From: Patescibacteria group bacterium | Lineage (GTDB): Bacteria > Patescibacteriota > Microgenomatia > JAMCZE01 | NCBI GenBank assembly: GCA_023380635.1 | Contig: JAMCRP010000002.1 | Location: forward strand, 42,458-106,457 | Length of the DNA stretch: 64,000 nucleotides | Direction of reading: 5' to 3' | Shown here: positions 56,015 to 64,000 of the stretch, piece after piece | Position numbering within the stretch: the stretch's first letter is position 1 | Layout of the letters: every line of letters starts with the position of its first letter | Notes under the pieces: generated by a model | The model's database searches: none | Seen by the model: the letters and a program-made list of their open reading frames with translations, nothing else | What the model was told of the DNA's origin: nothing | Program-made: the position numbers and the translations under genes

Positions 56015-57085
56015 ATGGTAACGGTGAAAAGAAAGCTACTTCTTTTTCTGGTTATCGGCTTGGCAGTGATTGCGGGAATAGTTGAATGGCGCTTTGTGGT
56101 TCGAAGCAAGCCGATCTTGCTCTCAGATAACATTTCGCAAGTGACTAGCGGAACAATCCGGGGTTACAGCTATTGGGTTTTTAACCAGGGGGATTTTCCC
56201 TGCGGGAAGCAGGGCGATCACCAGTTTATGGTGATTCAAAAAGGAGCAGCGAGGAACAATCGCAATCTTCTGGTGCGTTTTACCGGCGGTTTTGCCGGTT
56301 TTTTCTACCCCAATGGCCAAGGTAACAAGAATTATTTTCCTGATTCGGGGTTGGAATCTTTGCTTTCGGCGGATTCCTATTTTAAAGAGCCATCACTGGC
56401 CGGTTTGGACCGGCTCGTTGTTGATACTTCCGGCTGGAGGCTGGTGGCGCCCAGTTATTGCTCCCATGATTTTTACTTAGGGACAGGTCAATATAACAGC
56501 GAAGATGGTTTCGCCCGTTGGGGAAAAAGCGCGGACGAACAAGCTTTAACTTTTGTCGAAAAGAATTTTCCCACCGATAAGATCGTTACCTACGGCACTT
56601 CCGCCGGCGCCATGGGCGCGTATATCGAAGGAATTTCTCACAATAATGTCGTTGGTATTGTTATGGATTCTTTTGCCGGAGATTTAAGTTCCGTTGCTAC
56701 CGCTTGCGAAAAGGGGATTCAACCTTACCTTTCCTCCTGGCCCTGTACCTGTAATGGCCAAACCTGTGTCCGGACCCTGGCCTCCCGAATCGGGTTTAAT
56801 CTGGGCGATGAGCCTTACCGGGCGGTTTCGGCGGGTCAGATAAAAGTTCCCCTATACCTGATATGGGATCAAAACGATTATATCTATAATTCCCACACCG
56901 ATTTGCAGTTTAATCCGCTGGCCCAGGCTATAAAAAAAGCTAATCCCGGCGGCAAATCGGAAGCGGTGGAAATTTGTGTCGATAATCCCCAAACCGGGCA
57001 AAAATGCGGGATGCATTCGCCGACTCTGGCGGACAACCCCGCCACGAGGCAGGTTTATGACTGGGTTTTGTCGGTGACTAAGTAA
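56015..57085 (+). CDS. Exported alpha/beta hydrolase (pectinacetylesterase-like)
   Basis: F.GG, YCSHD.Y.G, GTSAG nucleophile, C-terminal His. Confidence 0.65.
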   Translation: MVTVKRKLLLFLVIGLAVIAGIVEWRFVVRSKPILLSDNISQVTSGTIRGYSYWVFNQGDFPCGKQGDHQFMVIQKGAARNNRNLLVRFTGGFAGFFYPNGQGNKNYFPDSGLESLLSADSYFKEPSLAGLDRLVVDTSGWRLVAPSYCSHDFYLGTGQYNSEDGFARWGKSADEQALTFVEKNFPTDKIVTYGTSAGAMGAYIEGISHNNVVGIVMDSFAGDLSSVATACEKGIQPYLSSWPCTCNGQTCVRTLASRIGFNLGDEPYRAVSAGQIKVPLYLIWDQNDYIYNSHTDLQFNPLAQAIKKANPGGKSEAVEICVDNPQTGQKCGMHSPTLADNPATRQVYDWVLSVTK

Positions 57086-57800
57086 GCCTGGTCACGGCGA
57101 AGATGAGGGCGGCGCCGAGGATTGTTAATAAAATAGTCTTGTACGATGAGCGTTCACTGTGGGCTTCAGGCAAAATTTCGGCGGCGCCGATGTAAAGCAG
57201 GAATCCGGCAAAAAAGCCAAGATATAAGAGTAAAATATTCGGCGGCAGGGTAAAAAACTTGGTAGCTAAAGCCCCCAGAACCGGAGCCAGCGCGTCTAAA
57301 AATAATAACCTTAAAGCCCGGCCGCGGGAATTTTTGTGGACCAAGACTAACGATACCGTATTCAAGCCGTCGGAAAAGTCGTGGGCAATAACAGCCAGAG
57401 AAACTAATATTCCGATGGCAACGGAGACCTGAAAGCCCAGCCCGATGCCCACACCGTCAAGGAACGAGTGTCCGGATAGCGCCAGAGCTGAAAGAATTCC
57501 CACCGTCGGGTGTTTATGATGGCCATATATTTCTTCCTGTTCGTGATGAATAAGAAGGACCTTTTCGGTGATATGAAAGATGAGAAACCCCGCGACCAGG
57601 GCTAGCATGGGAAAAATGGCATCAGTTTGTAAAGCGGAAGTCAGGCGGATAATTTCCGGAAAAATGTCAAAAGTCACGACACCCAATAACACTCCGGCGG
57701 TAAAGCCAAGAATCAGATGCAATTTGTCCTGATGCCGTAAACCAAACAGGCCGCCGCAAAAGGTGGAGACAAAAGTCAGGAGGGCAATAAAAACTACCAT
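57078..57800 (-). CDS. ZIP family metal transporter
   Basis: GFTAGVLL, HSFLDG, AHDFSDG, LPEAH. Confidence 0.9.
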   Translation of the reverse strand: MVVFIALLTFVSTFCGGLFGLRHQDKLHLILGFTAGVLLGVVTFDIFPEIIRLTSALQTDAIFPMLALVAGFLIFHITEKVLLIHHEQEEIYGHHKHPTVGILSALALSGHSFLDGVGIGLGFQVSVAIGILVSLAVIAHDFSDGLNTVSLVLVHKNSRGRALRLLFLDALAPVLGALATKFFTLPPNILLLYLGFFAGFLLYIGAAEILPEAHSERSSYKTILLTILGAALIFAVTRLT

Positions 57801-57878
57801 AAATCAGCAAAAGTATATCATACAGGCCTCTTATCTTCCGTTCACTTTATTCTAACCTCTTCGAACTAGAGGTAAGAC

Positions 57879-58568
57879 ATGTTTGAGGATCGTCAGGATG
57901 CCGGACAGAAACTGGCCAAAAAACTCGCGGAATTAGATTTAAAAGACCCACTGATCATTGCTTTGCCGCGCGGCGGCGTGCCGGTGGGGTTCGAGGTGGC
58001 TAAACAGATGAGAGCGCCCCTCGAGGTCCTAATCGTGCGTAAGTTGGGGGTGCCGGGCAATCCGGAGTTTGGTTTTGGGGCGCTGGCGTCAGACGGCACT
58101 CTCATAGTTGACCAAAATATCATCGACCAGCTGGACTTAACCGGCGAAGAGATTAAATTTGTCTTGAGTCGAGAGATGGCTGAACTGGCTCGGCGCCAAA
58201 AGCTTTACCAATTGCCGGACCATTCTCCGGCTGTAGCCGGGCGGGAAGTCGTTTTGGTGGATGACGGTCTGGCGACCGGGGTTTCGATGCGGGCGGCCGT
58301 CCAGGCGGTTTTAAAGCAAAATCCTCAAAAACTGGTGGTAGCGATCCCGGTGTGCAGTCTCGACGCAACAACCGGGATTCGTAGCCAATTGCGGCCTCAG
58401 GATGAAATAATTTGCCTGGCGACGCCGCTGGACTTTTCGGCCGTCGGGATGTGGTATCAGCATTTTCCACAGACGACCGACGAAGAAGTCATTAATTTAT
58501 TAAATTTGGCGCGAAAAAGGCTTGAGGGAGGCAGGAAATATGGACATCCGGGTAAAGCGGGTTTATGA
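57879..58568 (+). CDS. Phosphoribosyltransferase family protein
   Basis: F.DR.DAG..LA, LPRGGVPV, VVLVDDGLATG. Confidence 0.9.
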   Translation: MFEDRQDAGQKLAKKLAELDLKDPLIIALPRGGVPVGFEVAKQMRAPLEVLIVRKLGVPGNPEFGFGALASDGTLIVDQNIIDQLDLTGEEIKFVLSREMAELARRQKLYQLPDHSPAVAGREVVLVDDGLATGVSMRAAVQAVLKQNPQKLVVAIPVCSLDATTGIRSQLRPQDEIICLATPLDFSAVGMWYQHFPQTTDEEVINLLNLARKRLEGGRKYGHPGKAGL

Positions 58569-58878
58569 ACCGCCGGAAGAAAGCGACGGAAGGCGGATCC
58601 TTGTGGATCGTTTATGGCCCAGAGGCTTGACTAAACAAAAAGCCAAAGTCGATTTATGGCTTAAGGATCTGGGGCCAAGCACACCGCTTCGGCAATGGTT
58701 TAATCACGAGCCGGCCAAATGGGATGAGTTTCAAAAACGCTACCGGGAGGAGCTAAAGGGCAAAAAGGATCTTTTAAACCGGATTCCCAGAGACGAAAAG
58801 GTAACTTTGATATACGGCGCCAGAGACAAATTGCATAATGAAGCTTTGGTCCTCAAGAACTTCTTGACAAAACATTAG
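58540..58878 (+). CDS. DUF488 / YeaO family protein
   Basis: KRVY...E.SDG.RILVDRLWPRG, PS..LR.WF.H. Confidence 0.9.
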   Translation: MDIRVKRVYEPPEESDGRRILVDRLWPRGLTKQKAKVDLWLKDLGPSTPLRQWFNHEPAKWDEFQKRYREELKGKKDLLNRIPRDEKVTLIYGARDKLHNEALVLKNFLTKH

Positions 58879-58897
58879 TATCTGCTAATATATATTT
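58864..58897 (+). promoter_or_regulatory. Leaderless promoter with overlapping ArsR-type operator
   Basis: TTGACA-16-TAATAT-6-ATG; dyad ATTAG-N6-CTAAT. Confidence 0.6.
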
Positions 58898-59164
58898 ATG
58901 AAATCATCCGTTTTGTCCGCTCTGACAAATCCGGTCAGGCTGAAACTGATTAGTTGCCTTTCCAAGGGTTCAAAGAATGTGACCGAATTAATTGGTAATT
59001 GCGGCCTTTCTCAATCAGCAGTCTCCCAGCATCTGGAAAAGCTGCGGGGGGCGGGTTTGGTAAAAACCAGGCGGGACGGAAAAGAGATTTACTACCAATT
59101 AACCAGTAAAAAGACGGCTAAGGTTAGTTATTTACTCCAGAAATATTTAACGGAGGCCAGATGA
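58898..59164 (+). CDS. ArsR/SmtB family regulator
   Basis: AL.NP.RL.., V.EL....LSQSAVSQHL..LR.AGLV..RRDG..IYY. Confidence 0.92.
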   Translation: MKSSVLSALTNPVRLKLISCLSKGSKNVTELIGNCGLSQSAVSQHLEKLRGAGLVKTRRDGKEIYYQLTSKKTAKVSYLLQKYLTEAR

Positions 59165-59406
59165 AAATAAAGCTCTATTCCACCCATACCTGTCCGTATT
59201 GCATGTTGGAAAAAGCGTGGCTGGAAGCCAACAAAGTTACTTTTGAAGTCGTCTATGTGGACACAAACCAGCAGGAGGCGATAGATATGGTCCAAAAAAC
59301 CGGCCAAATGGGAGTGCCGGTGACGGAAATCCAGCTTGAGGGTAAAGAACCGGAGTATGTTGTCGGTTTCGATCAGGCAAGACTAAGTTCCGTTTTGAGG
59401 GTATAA
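59161..59406 (+). CDS. Glutaredoxin (NrdH/YruB-like)
   Basis: CPYC, GQMGVPV, GFD. Confidence 0.9.
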   Translation: MKIKLYSTHTCPYCMLEKAWLEANKVTFEVVYVDTNQQEAIDMVQKTGQMGVPVTEIQLEGKEPEYVVGFDQARLSSVLRV

Positions 59407-59448
59407 TATTTGCGCTTTAGATACCGTTAACCTGAGAACCAATCACGA

Positions 59449-59964
59449 GTGAAGATTAGCTGGTTAGATCCTCTTATCTTTCTCTTTGCCGCCATCGGCG
59501 GTTTTTTTCTTATTCCCCGGCATGTCTTTTTTGAAAACTTCGCGGTTCTGGCTTGGATATATCTTCCCTTTTTTGCCCTGACGATTACCTGTCTGGCCAG
59601 AAACCTTCTTGCTAGAGCCAGGGCAGCAAGAAATGCCGGCAGTTCTTTTTTGGGGATAGTTTCTACGGCGGTAGGGATTACCGCATTGCAAGCCTGTGGC
59701 TTGGGAATGCCGGCCTGCGGGTCAGCTTTGGGAGTCTTTTTTGGCTTGGCACTTGTTCCTGGTTTTGTGGCAGCTTTTGTCCGGGACTACGCCCCGCTGC
59801 TGATTTTTATCTCCATCATTTTTCAGGCAATCGCCCTATACAGTCTTGGCTGCTTTAACCGCTTCGCTCACCTGCATCCAGAAAATCGCCCAGAGCCAGA
59901 CGCCAAGAATATAAACCAGCGGTATAGGGGCCGGCATAAACCAGCCGGTAAAAGCCAGGAGTGA
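59449..59964 (+). CDS. Membrane protein with CxxxxxxC in a TM region
   Basis: 4-5 TMs, ALQACGLGMPACG; 3' end overlaps the ATPase antisense. Confidence 0.6.
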   Translation: MKISWLDPLIFLFAAIGGFFLIPRHVFFENFAVLAWIYLPFFALTITCLARNLLARARAARNAGSSFLGIVSTAVGITALQACGLGMPACGSALGVFFGLALVPGFVAAFVRDYAPLLIFISIIFQAIALYSLGCFNRFAHLHPENRPEPDAKNINQRYRGRHKPAGKSQE

Positions 59965-62175
59965 AGCCACCAGCTGGGTAAGAGTGGTGGCAATAATAAC
60001 TTCATTGCTCGGTAAAAATTTCCACCAGCGCTGCTTCGTATGCGCCACATAAATCAGGAGGTGTCCGGAAACCGTCAGTTTAAGAAAATAAATTGTCTGG
60101 ACTACGGGCAGGGAAATGTGAAAAACTCCGACTAACAGGAAAAATAAAATCAGACTGTTAGCCACTCCAACCAGTCCGTATAACGAACTTAAGATAAACC
60201 GTTTCCTGATATTCAGTTTGGCCGGGCTGGTAGTGTTTTCTACCCGGTCATAGGCCAGAGAAATAATCGGAATATCATTTAACAAAGCAATAAGAATTAT
60301 CTGCAAAGGAGTCAGAGGATAGGATTTATAAATTAATCCGAGAATTACAATAGTGACAATCAGGCGAAAGCTTTCGGACAGGCGGTAGACGGAATAGGAA
60401 TAAAGCCGCGAGAAAATTTTCCGGCTTTCAATAATGGCGTCCTTAATAACGGAAATGCCGTTAGAGAGAAGGACAATGTCCGCGGCTTCCTTTAGAGCAA
60501 TGACAGCGTTCTCGACGGCAAAGCCGACATTGGCTGCTTTGACGGCCGGCAAATCGTTAACCCCGTCGCCGTTAGTGGCCACGACGAAATATTTTTTAGC
60601 ATCCTGAACCAGTCTGAGTTTATCTTCAGGGTAAATCTCGGCAAAGGCCTGAACGCTTCTGTAAAAATTAATATCCAACCCCTGCCAGTTCGTCTTCTCC
60701 AGATCGCTTCGGGTGATAATTTTGTTTCCCGGGATGGCCAGTTTTTTGGCAATTTCGCCGGCAATAACCCGGTTGTCGCCGGTGACCATCGCTACTTCAA
60801 TCTGTTCACTGGTGAGGAATTGAATAACATCGGAAGCCTCCGGCCGGAGCTCATCGGATAAGGCTAAAAGGCCGACCAAGGTCATCTCTTTTTCTTCCTT
60901 TCCGGTCGCGACAGCCAGACTTCGGTAGCCTTCCTGCCCCAAATCGGCAATGTCCTTTTCGACTTTATTTTTTTGCGTTGGCGACAAGGCGCAAAGATCA
61001 AGAATAACCTGCGAAGCTCCGGCCGTGACATAGATTTTTCCCTCGCCGTCTTTAACCTGAGCCGTCGTTCTTTTTTTGACCGAATCGCCGGGAACGAAAC
61101 TGTAAACCGTGTAGTCAACGGGTAAAGCGGCCAGCTCACCGGCCTTGCTGATAATCGCTTGACTGATTAAATTCCGGCTATCCTGATAGGAAGCCAGGTA
61201 GGCATCGGCAATAACATTTTTGTCGGTGTAGTAATTGTAGGGAATTATCCGGTCAATAACAATTTTATTTTCAGTCAGCGTCCCGGTCTTATCCGTCAGC
61301 AGTAAATTAACATTGGCTAAATCTTCCAGGGCGCTAAGCCTGCGGACCACGACCTGTTTTTTAGAAAGATCGAGAACTCCAAGAGCAATAATTAAGGTCA
61401 TAACGGTTGGCAAACTGACGGGGATCCCGGCGATAATCAGGCTAAGATCTAAGGTCAGAAGATCAATAACGGGCGCATGCTGGAGAATAAAGAAGACGCT
61501 TAAAACAGCTACGCCAATAAGGCTGAGGGCGGAAAGAAATTTAGAGATGCGGATAATATCCGTTTCCAGAAAACTTTTGCCTTTTTGGGTTTCAACGGAA
61601 AAAATCACTTTGCCGAATTTAGTGTTTTTGCCGGTGGCAGTAATTTTTAAGGTGGCAATGCCGGTAGCAATAAATGAGCCGGAATAAAGAGCGTCGTTCA
61701 GGTTCTTGTCATTGGGCAAAGATTCGCCGGTTAAGGCCGATTCGTTTACGGAGACATTTTTGTTATCAATTAAGAGGCCGTCGGCGGGAACGATTTCGCC
61801 GGCAGTCAATTGAATAATATCCTCAGGAACTAACTCCCGGGTATCAACATCTTGCCATTGTCCGTCGCGAAAAGTTCTAACCCGGCTTTTTAAATTTTCG
61901 TTGAGCTTGGCGATGGCGTTGTCTGCCTTGGCTTCCTGCCAGGCGGAGACGCCGATATTTAACAGGAGCAGGGTCAGAATAAAATAACCGTCAAAAGTTT
62001 TAGCGCTGACAAAGGATAAGCCCGAAGCCAGAAGAAGCATGAGAGAAATGGGGGAGAAGAATTGTTTAAAGATTTTTACGAATAACGGGGTCTTTTTCTC
62101 GGGAATTTCGTTGGGGCCGGTCTCCCGTAGACTTTGGGTTGCCTGGACGGAAGTCAAACCGGAAAAACTTTCCAT
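59836..62175 (-). CDS. P-type ATPase, plasma-membrane H+-pump (P3A)-like
   Basis: TGES, DKTGTLT, TGDN, GDGVND; IAGIPVSLP and ALLND..I.LAYD. Confidence 0.85.
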   Translation of the reverse strand: MESFSGLTSVQATQSLRETGPNEIPEKKTPLFVKIFKQFFSPISLMLLLASGLSFVSAKTFDGYFILTLLLLNIGVSAWQEAKADNAIAKLNENLKSRVRTFRDGQWQDVDTRELVPEDIIQLTAGEIVPADGLLIDNKNVSVNESALTGESLPNDKNLNDALYSGSFIATGIATLKITATGKNTKFGKVIFSVETQKGKSFLETDIIRISKFLSALSLIGVAVLSVFFILQHAPVIDLLTLDLSLIIAGIPVSLPTVMTLIIALGVLDLSKKQVVVRRLSALEDLANVNLLLTDKTGTLTENKIVIDRIIPYNYYTDKNVIADAYLASYQDSRNLISQAIISKAGELAALPVDYTVYSFVPGDSVKKRTTAQVKDGEGKIYVTAGASQVILDLCALSPTQKNKVEKDIADLGQEGYRSLAVATGKEEKEMTLVGLLALSDELRPEASDVIQFLTSEQIEVAMVTGDNRVIAGEIAKKLAIPGNKIITRSDLEKTNWQGLDINFYRSVQAFAEIYPEDKLRLVQDAKKYFVVATNGDGVNDLPAVKAANVGFAVENAVIALKEAADIVLLSNGISVIKDAIIESRKIFSRLYSYSVYRLSESFRLIVTIVILGLIYKSYPLTPLQIILIALLNDIPIISLAYDRVENTTSPAKLNIRKRFILSSLYGLVGVANSLILFFLLVGVFHISLPVVQTIYFLKLTVSGHLLIYVAHTKQRWWKFLPSNEVIIATTLTQLVASLLAFTGWFMPAPIPLVYILGVWLWAIFWMQVSEAVKAAKTV

Positions 62176-62223
62176 GAAAACATTTTAGACGCTGTGGCGG
62201 AAGTTGCCAAGTTTTTTGCAGAG

Positions 62224-62313
62224 CTAAGAACGGGCCGGATTTTTCTTCTCCCGTTTTCTTTTGGCGGCCGCGATAGCCTCAAGAATTTGCCGTTCAGTTA
62301 AAGTTTCTGACAT
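62224..62313 (-). CDS. Possible 29-aa basic small protein
   Basis: MSETLTERQILEAIAAAKRKREKKNPARS*; TAGAAT 7 nt upstream. Confidence 0.35.
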   Translation of the reverse strand: MSETLTERQILEAIAAAKRKREKKNPARS

Positions 62314-62438
62314 TAGGGATATTCTAACCGAATAGTTTACCCGAATGTGCTTCAATTAACAGTCCTCAATTTTTACGCTTAAAATCCCGCTTTCTTTACG
62401 AATGTAACCCGCAAGTTATGTGATATATTAGTTAACAA

Positions 62439-62909
62439 GTGATTAATCTGCTGATTGTTTTTACTGCCCAATATGCTTTTCTGGTTAGTGTTTTGGTTTT
62501 GTTGATTTTTCTGGTAAAAACAAGTGGTCAAACTAGAAAAAGATTAATAATTTTGGCGCTAATGTCATTTATTTTTTCCTATCTTTTGGCTAAAATTTCA
62601 GCAATGTTCATTTACGATCCCCGCCCATTTGTGACTTCGCATGTCCAACCGCTATTTCCTCACACTCCCGATAATGGTTTCCCTTCAGATCATACCCTTT
62701 TAACCACAGCCATTGCCGCCGTGATTTTTGCTTTTAACAAGAGGTTGGGGGCATTTCTTTTTGCCTTGGCTCTGGTTATTGGTTTGGCTCGGATTTTGGC
62801 TCATGTCCACCAACCATTGGATATTATTAGCTCGGTTCTTATTGCTGTTGGGATGACCTTAGTTTCAAACCGATTATTAGACCGGCTGATGAAAGCGCCA
62901 AAGCAGTAA
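62439..62909 (+). CDS. PAP2 family undecaprenyl-diphosphatase (BcrC-like)
   Basis: PRPF, FPSDH, ARI..VH.P.DI. Confidence 0.88.
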   Translation: MINLLIVFTAQYAFLVSVLVLLIFLVKTSGQTRKRLIILALMSFIFSYLLAKISAMFIYDPRPFVTSHVQPLFPHTPDNGFPSDHTLLTTAIAAVIFAFNKRLGAFLFALALVIGLARILAHVHQPLDIISSVLIAVGMTLVSNRLLDRLMKAPKQ

Positions 62910-63339
62910 TAACTGGTCCAATGGAAGGAATTGGCAGCAGGAAAAATACATCTTTATCTAAAAGATTTCTGGGCCAGCCTGCCAAAAACCAAAGGGCGGC
63001 GTAATAAAAAATGTCCCAGAAAGAAAAAGCAATCAGGAAATTTCCCAGCCGTTCCCGAAATGTTTTTCCGCTAAGGTAAGCGAGGGAAATTAAGACTATT
63101 AAGGTAGATATTTCCCGGTAAATCTCCGCTGCCGCGATGTTAAAATCGGGAATAATTGTGACCTGTGACCGAACAAAAGCAACAAACCCTAGGTTTAAAA
63201 CGGTGGTAAACTGCGGCCAGGGAGTGTTAAAACCATAATGAAGCAGTTGACGCAGATAGTAAACTACCGCGGCTTCATCAATGGCAAAACCCAGGGAAAA
63301 TAAGAAGATAAAAAATAATTTTTTGCCAGATAATCGCAT
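62839..63339 (-). CDS. Hypothetical membrane protein
   Basis: EAAVV.YLR, E..RE..T, WDIFYY, D.FFL.P.P..GPV. Confidence 0.7.
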   Translation of the reverse strand: MRLSGKKLFFIFLFSLGFAIDEAAVVYYLRQLLHYGFNTPWPQFTTVLNLGFVAFVRSQVTIIPDFNIAAAEIYREISTLIVLISLAYLSGKTFRERLGNFLIAFSFWDIFYYAALWFLAGWPRNLLDKDVFFLLPIPSIGPVITALALSSAGLIIGLKLRSSQQQ

Positions 63340-63359
63340 CTAACATATAATAACTCGAA

Positions 63360-64000
63360 ATGGATTTAAAGAAAATTCTGACAACTCAACTAGCCCGTAA
63401 AGTTCCCGAGATTATTGCCCTGTTTTGGATAATTAAACTTTTAACAACAGCTCTGGGGGAATCGGTTTCTGATTATTTAGTCCACACGATTAATCCGGTT
63501 ATTGCCGTGTTATTAGGAGCGGTGGGGTTGGCTGTGGCTATTGTTCTTCAGTTCTGGGCAAAAAAGTATATTGCCGGGATTTATTGGCTGGCTGTGGTGA
63601 TGGTTGCTATTTTTGGAACCATGGCGGCGGATGTGGTCCATATTGTTTTGGGTGTGCCGTATTTAATCTCCACCATCTTTTTTTCCATCTGTCTAGTTAT
63701 CATTTTCAATATTTGGTACAAGACTGAGCATAGCTTATCCATCCACACCATTAATAACCCGGGCAGGGAAGTGTTTTATTGGACAACAGTCATGATTACT
63801 TTTGCCTTGGGAACTGCTGCCGGAGACATGACAGCGATTACGTTGGGTTGGGGCTATCTGGCATCCGGGATACTCTTTATAATACTTTTTCTTATGCCGC
63901 TATTCGCCAGAAAATTCTTTAAGGCCAACGAAACCTTGACTTTTTGGCTGGCTTACATCGTCACCCGGCCGTTGGGCGCCTCTTTTGCCGACTATTTTGG
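63360..64000 (+). CDS. COG4705/DUF347 repeat membrane protein, 3' truncated (absent from the ORF track)
   Basis: KVPEI..LFWIIK.LTT.LGE..SD, FGTMAAD, TFALGTAAGD, FW.AYI.TRPLGAS.AD. Confidence 0.85.
   Translation, partial: MDLKKILTTQLARKVPEIIALFWIIKLLTTALGESVSDYLVHTINPVIAVLLGAVGLAVAIVLQFWAKKYIAGIYWLAVVMVAIFGTMAADVVHIVLGVPYLISTIFFSICLVIIFNIWYKTEHSLSIHTINNPGREVFYWTTVMITFALGTAAGDMTAITLGWGYLASGILFIILFLMPLFARKFFKANETLTFWLAYIVTRPLGASFADYF

Overview
64-kb chromosomal segment of a small-genome bacterium, inferred to be Patescibacteria/CPR (Microgenomates-like) from gene content and style; standard code, TGA used as stop. Housekeeping genes: leuS, comEC, argS, M16 peptidase, ndk, tRNA-Pro(CGG), tRNA-Arg(CCT), mreB, galT-like, secE-nusG-rplK-rplA-rplJ-rplL. 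Two paralogous giant membrane-anchored fibre proteins (about 1.6k and 4.7k aa) carry cytoplasmic MerR/BldC-type HTH domains and two different phage-type autocleaving chaperone domains. There is also a sortase-linked surface-protein locus and a stress/metal accessory region. The most striking unexplained signal is a dispersed family of degenerate 7-, 8- and 9-nt-period tandem repeats, often arranged as inverted arms. They flank or lie inside three Avd-like four-helix-bundle genes, fill several intergenic spacers as 'empty' copies, and sit in frame inside leuS, argS, mreB, rplA, rplJ, a WecB/TagA glycosyltransferase and both giant genes. Other signals: many apparently leaderless genes, a tRNA whose CCA abuts a sortase start codon, a CIRCE-like site before the 4.7k-aa gene, and a synonymously recoded duplicate gene tail. 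No CRISPR array, rRNA, transposase, integrase or reverse transcriptase was seen. All product calls come from motif recognition by eye, not database searches.
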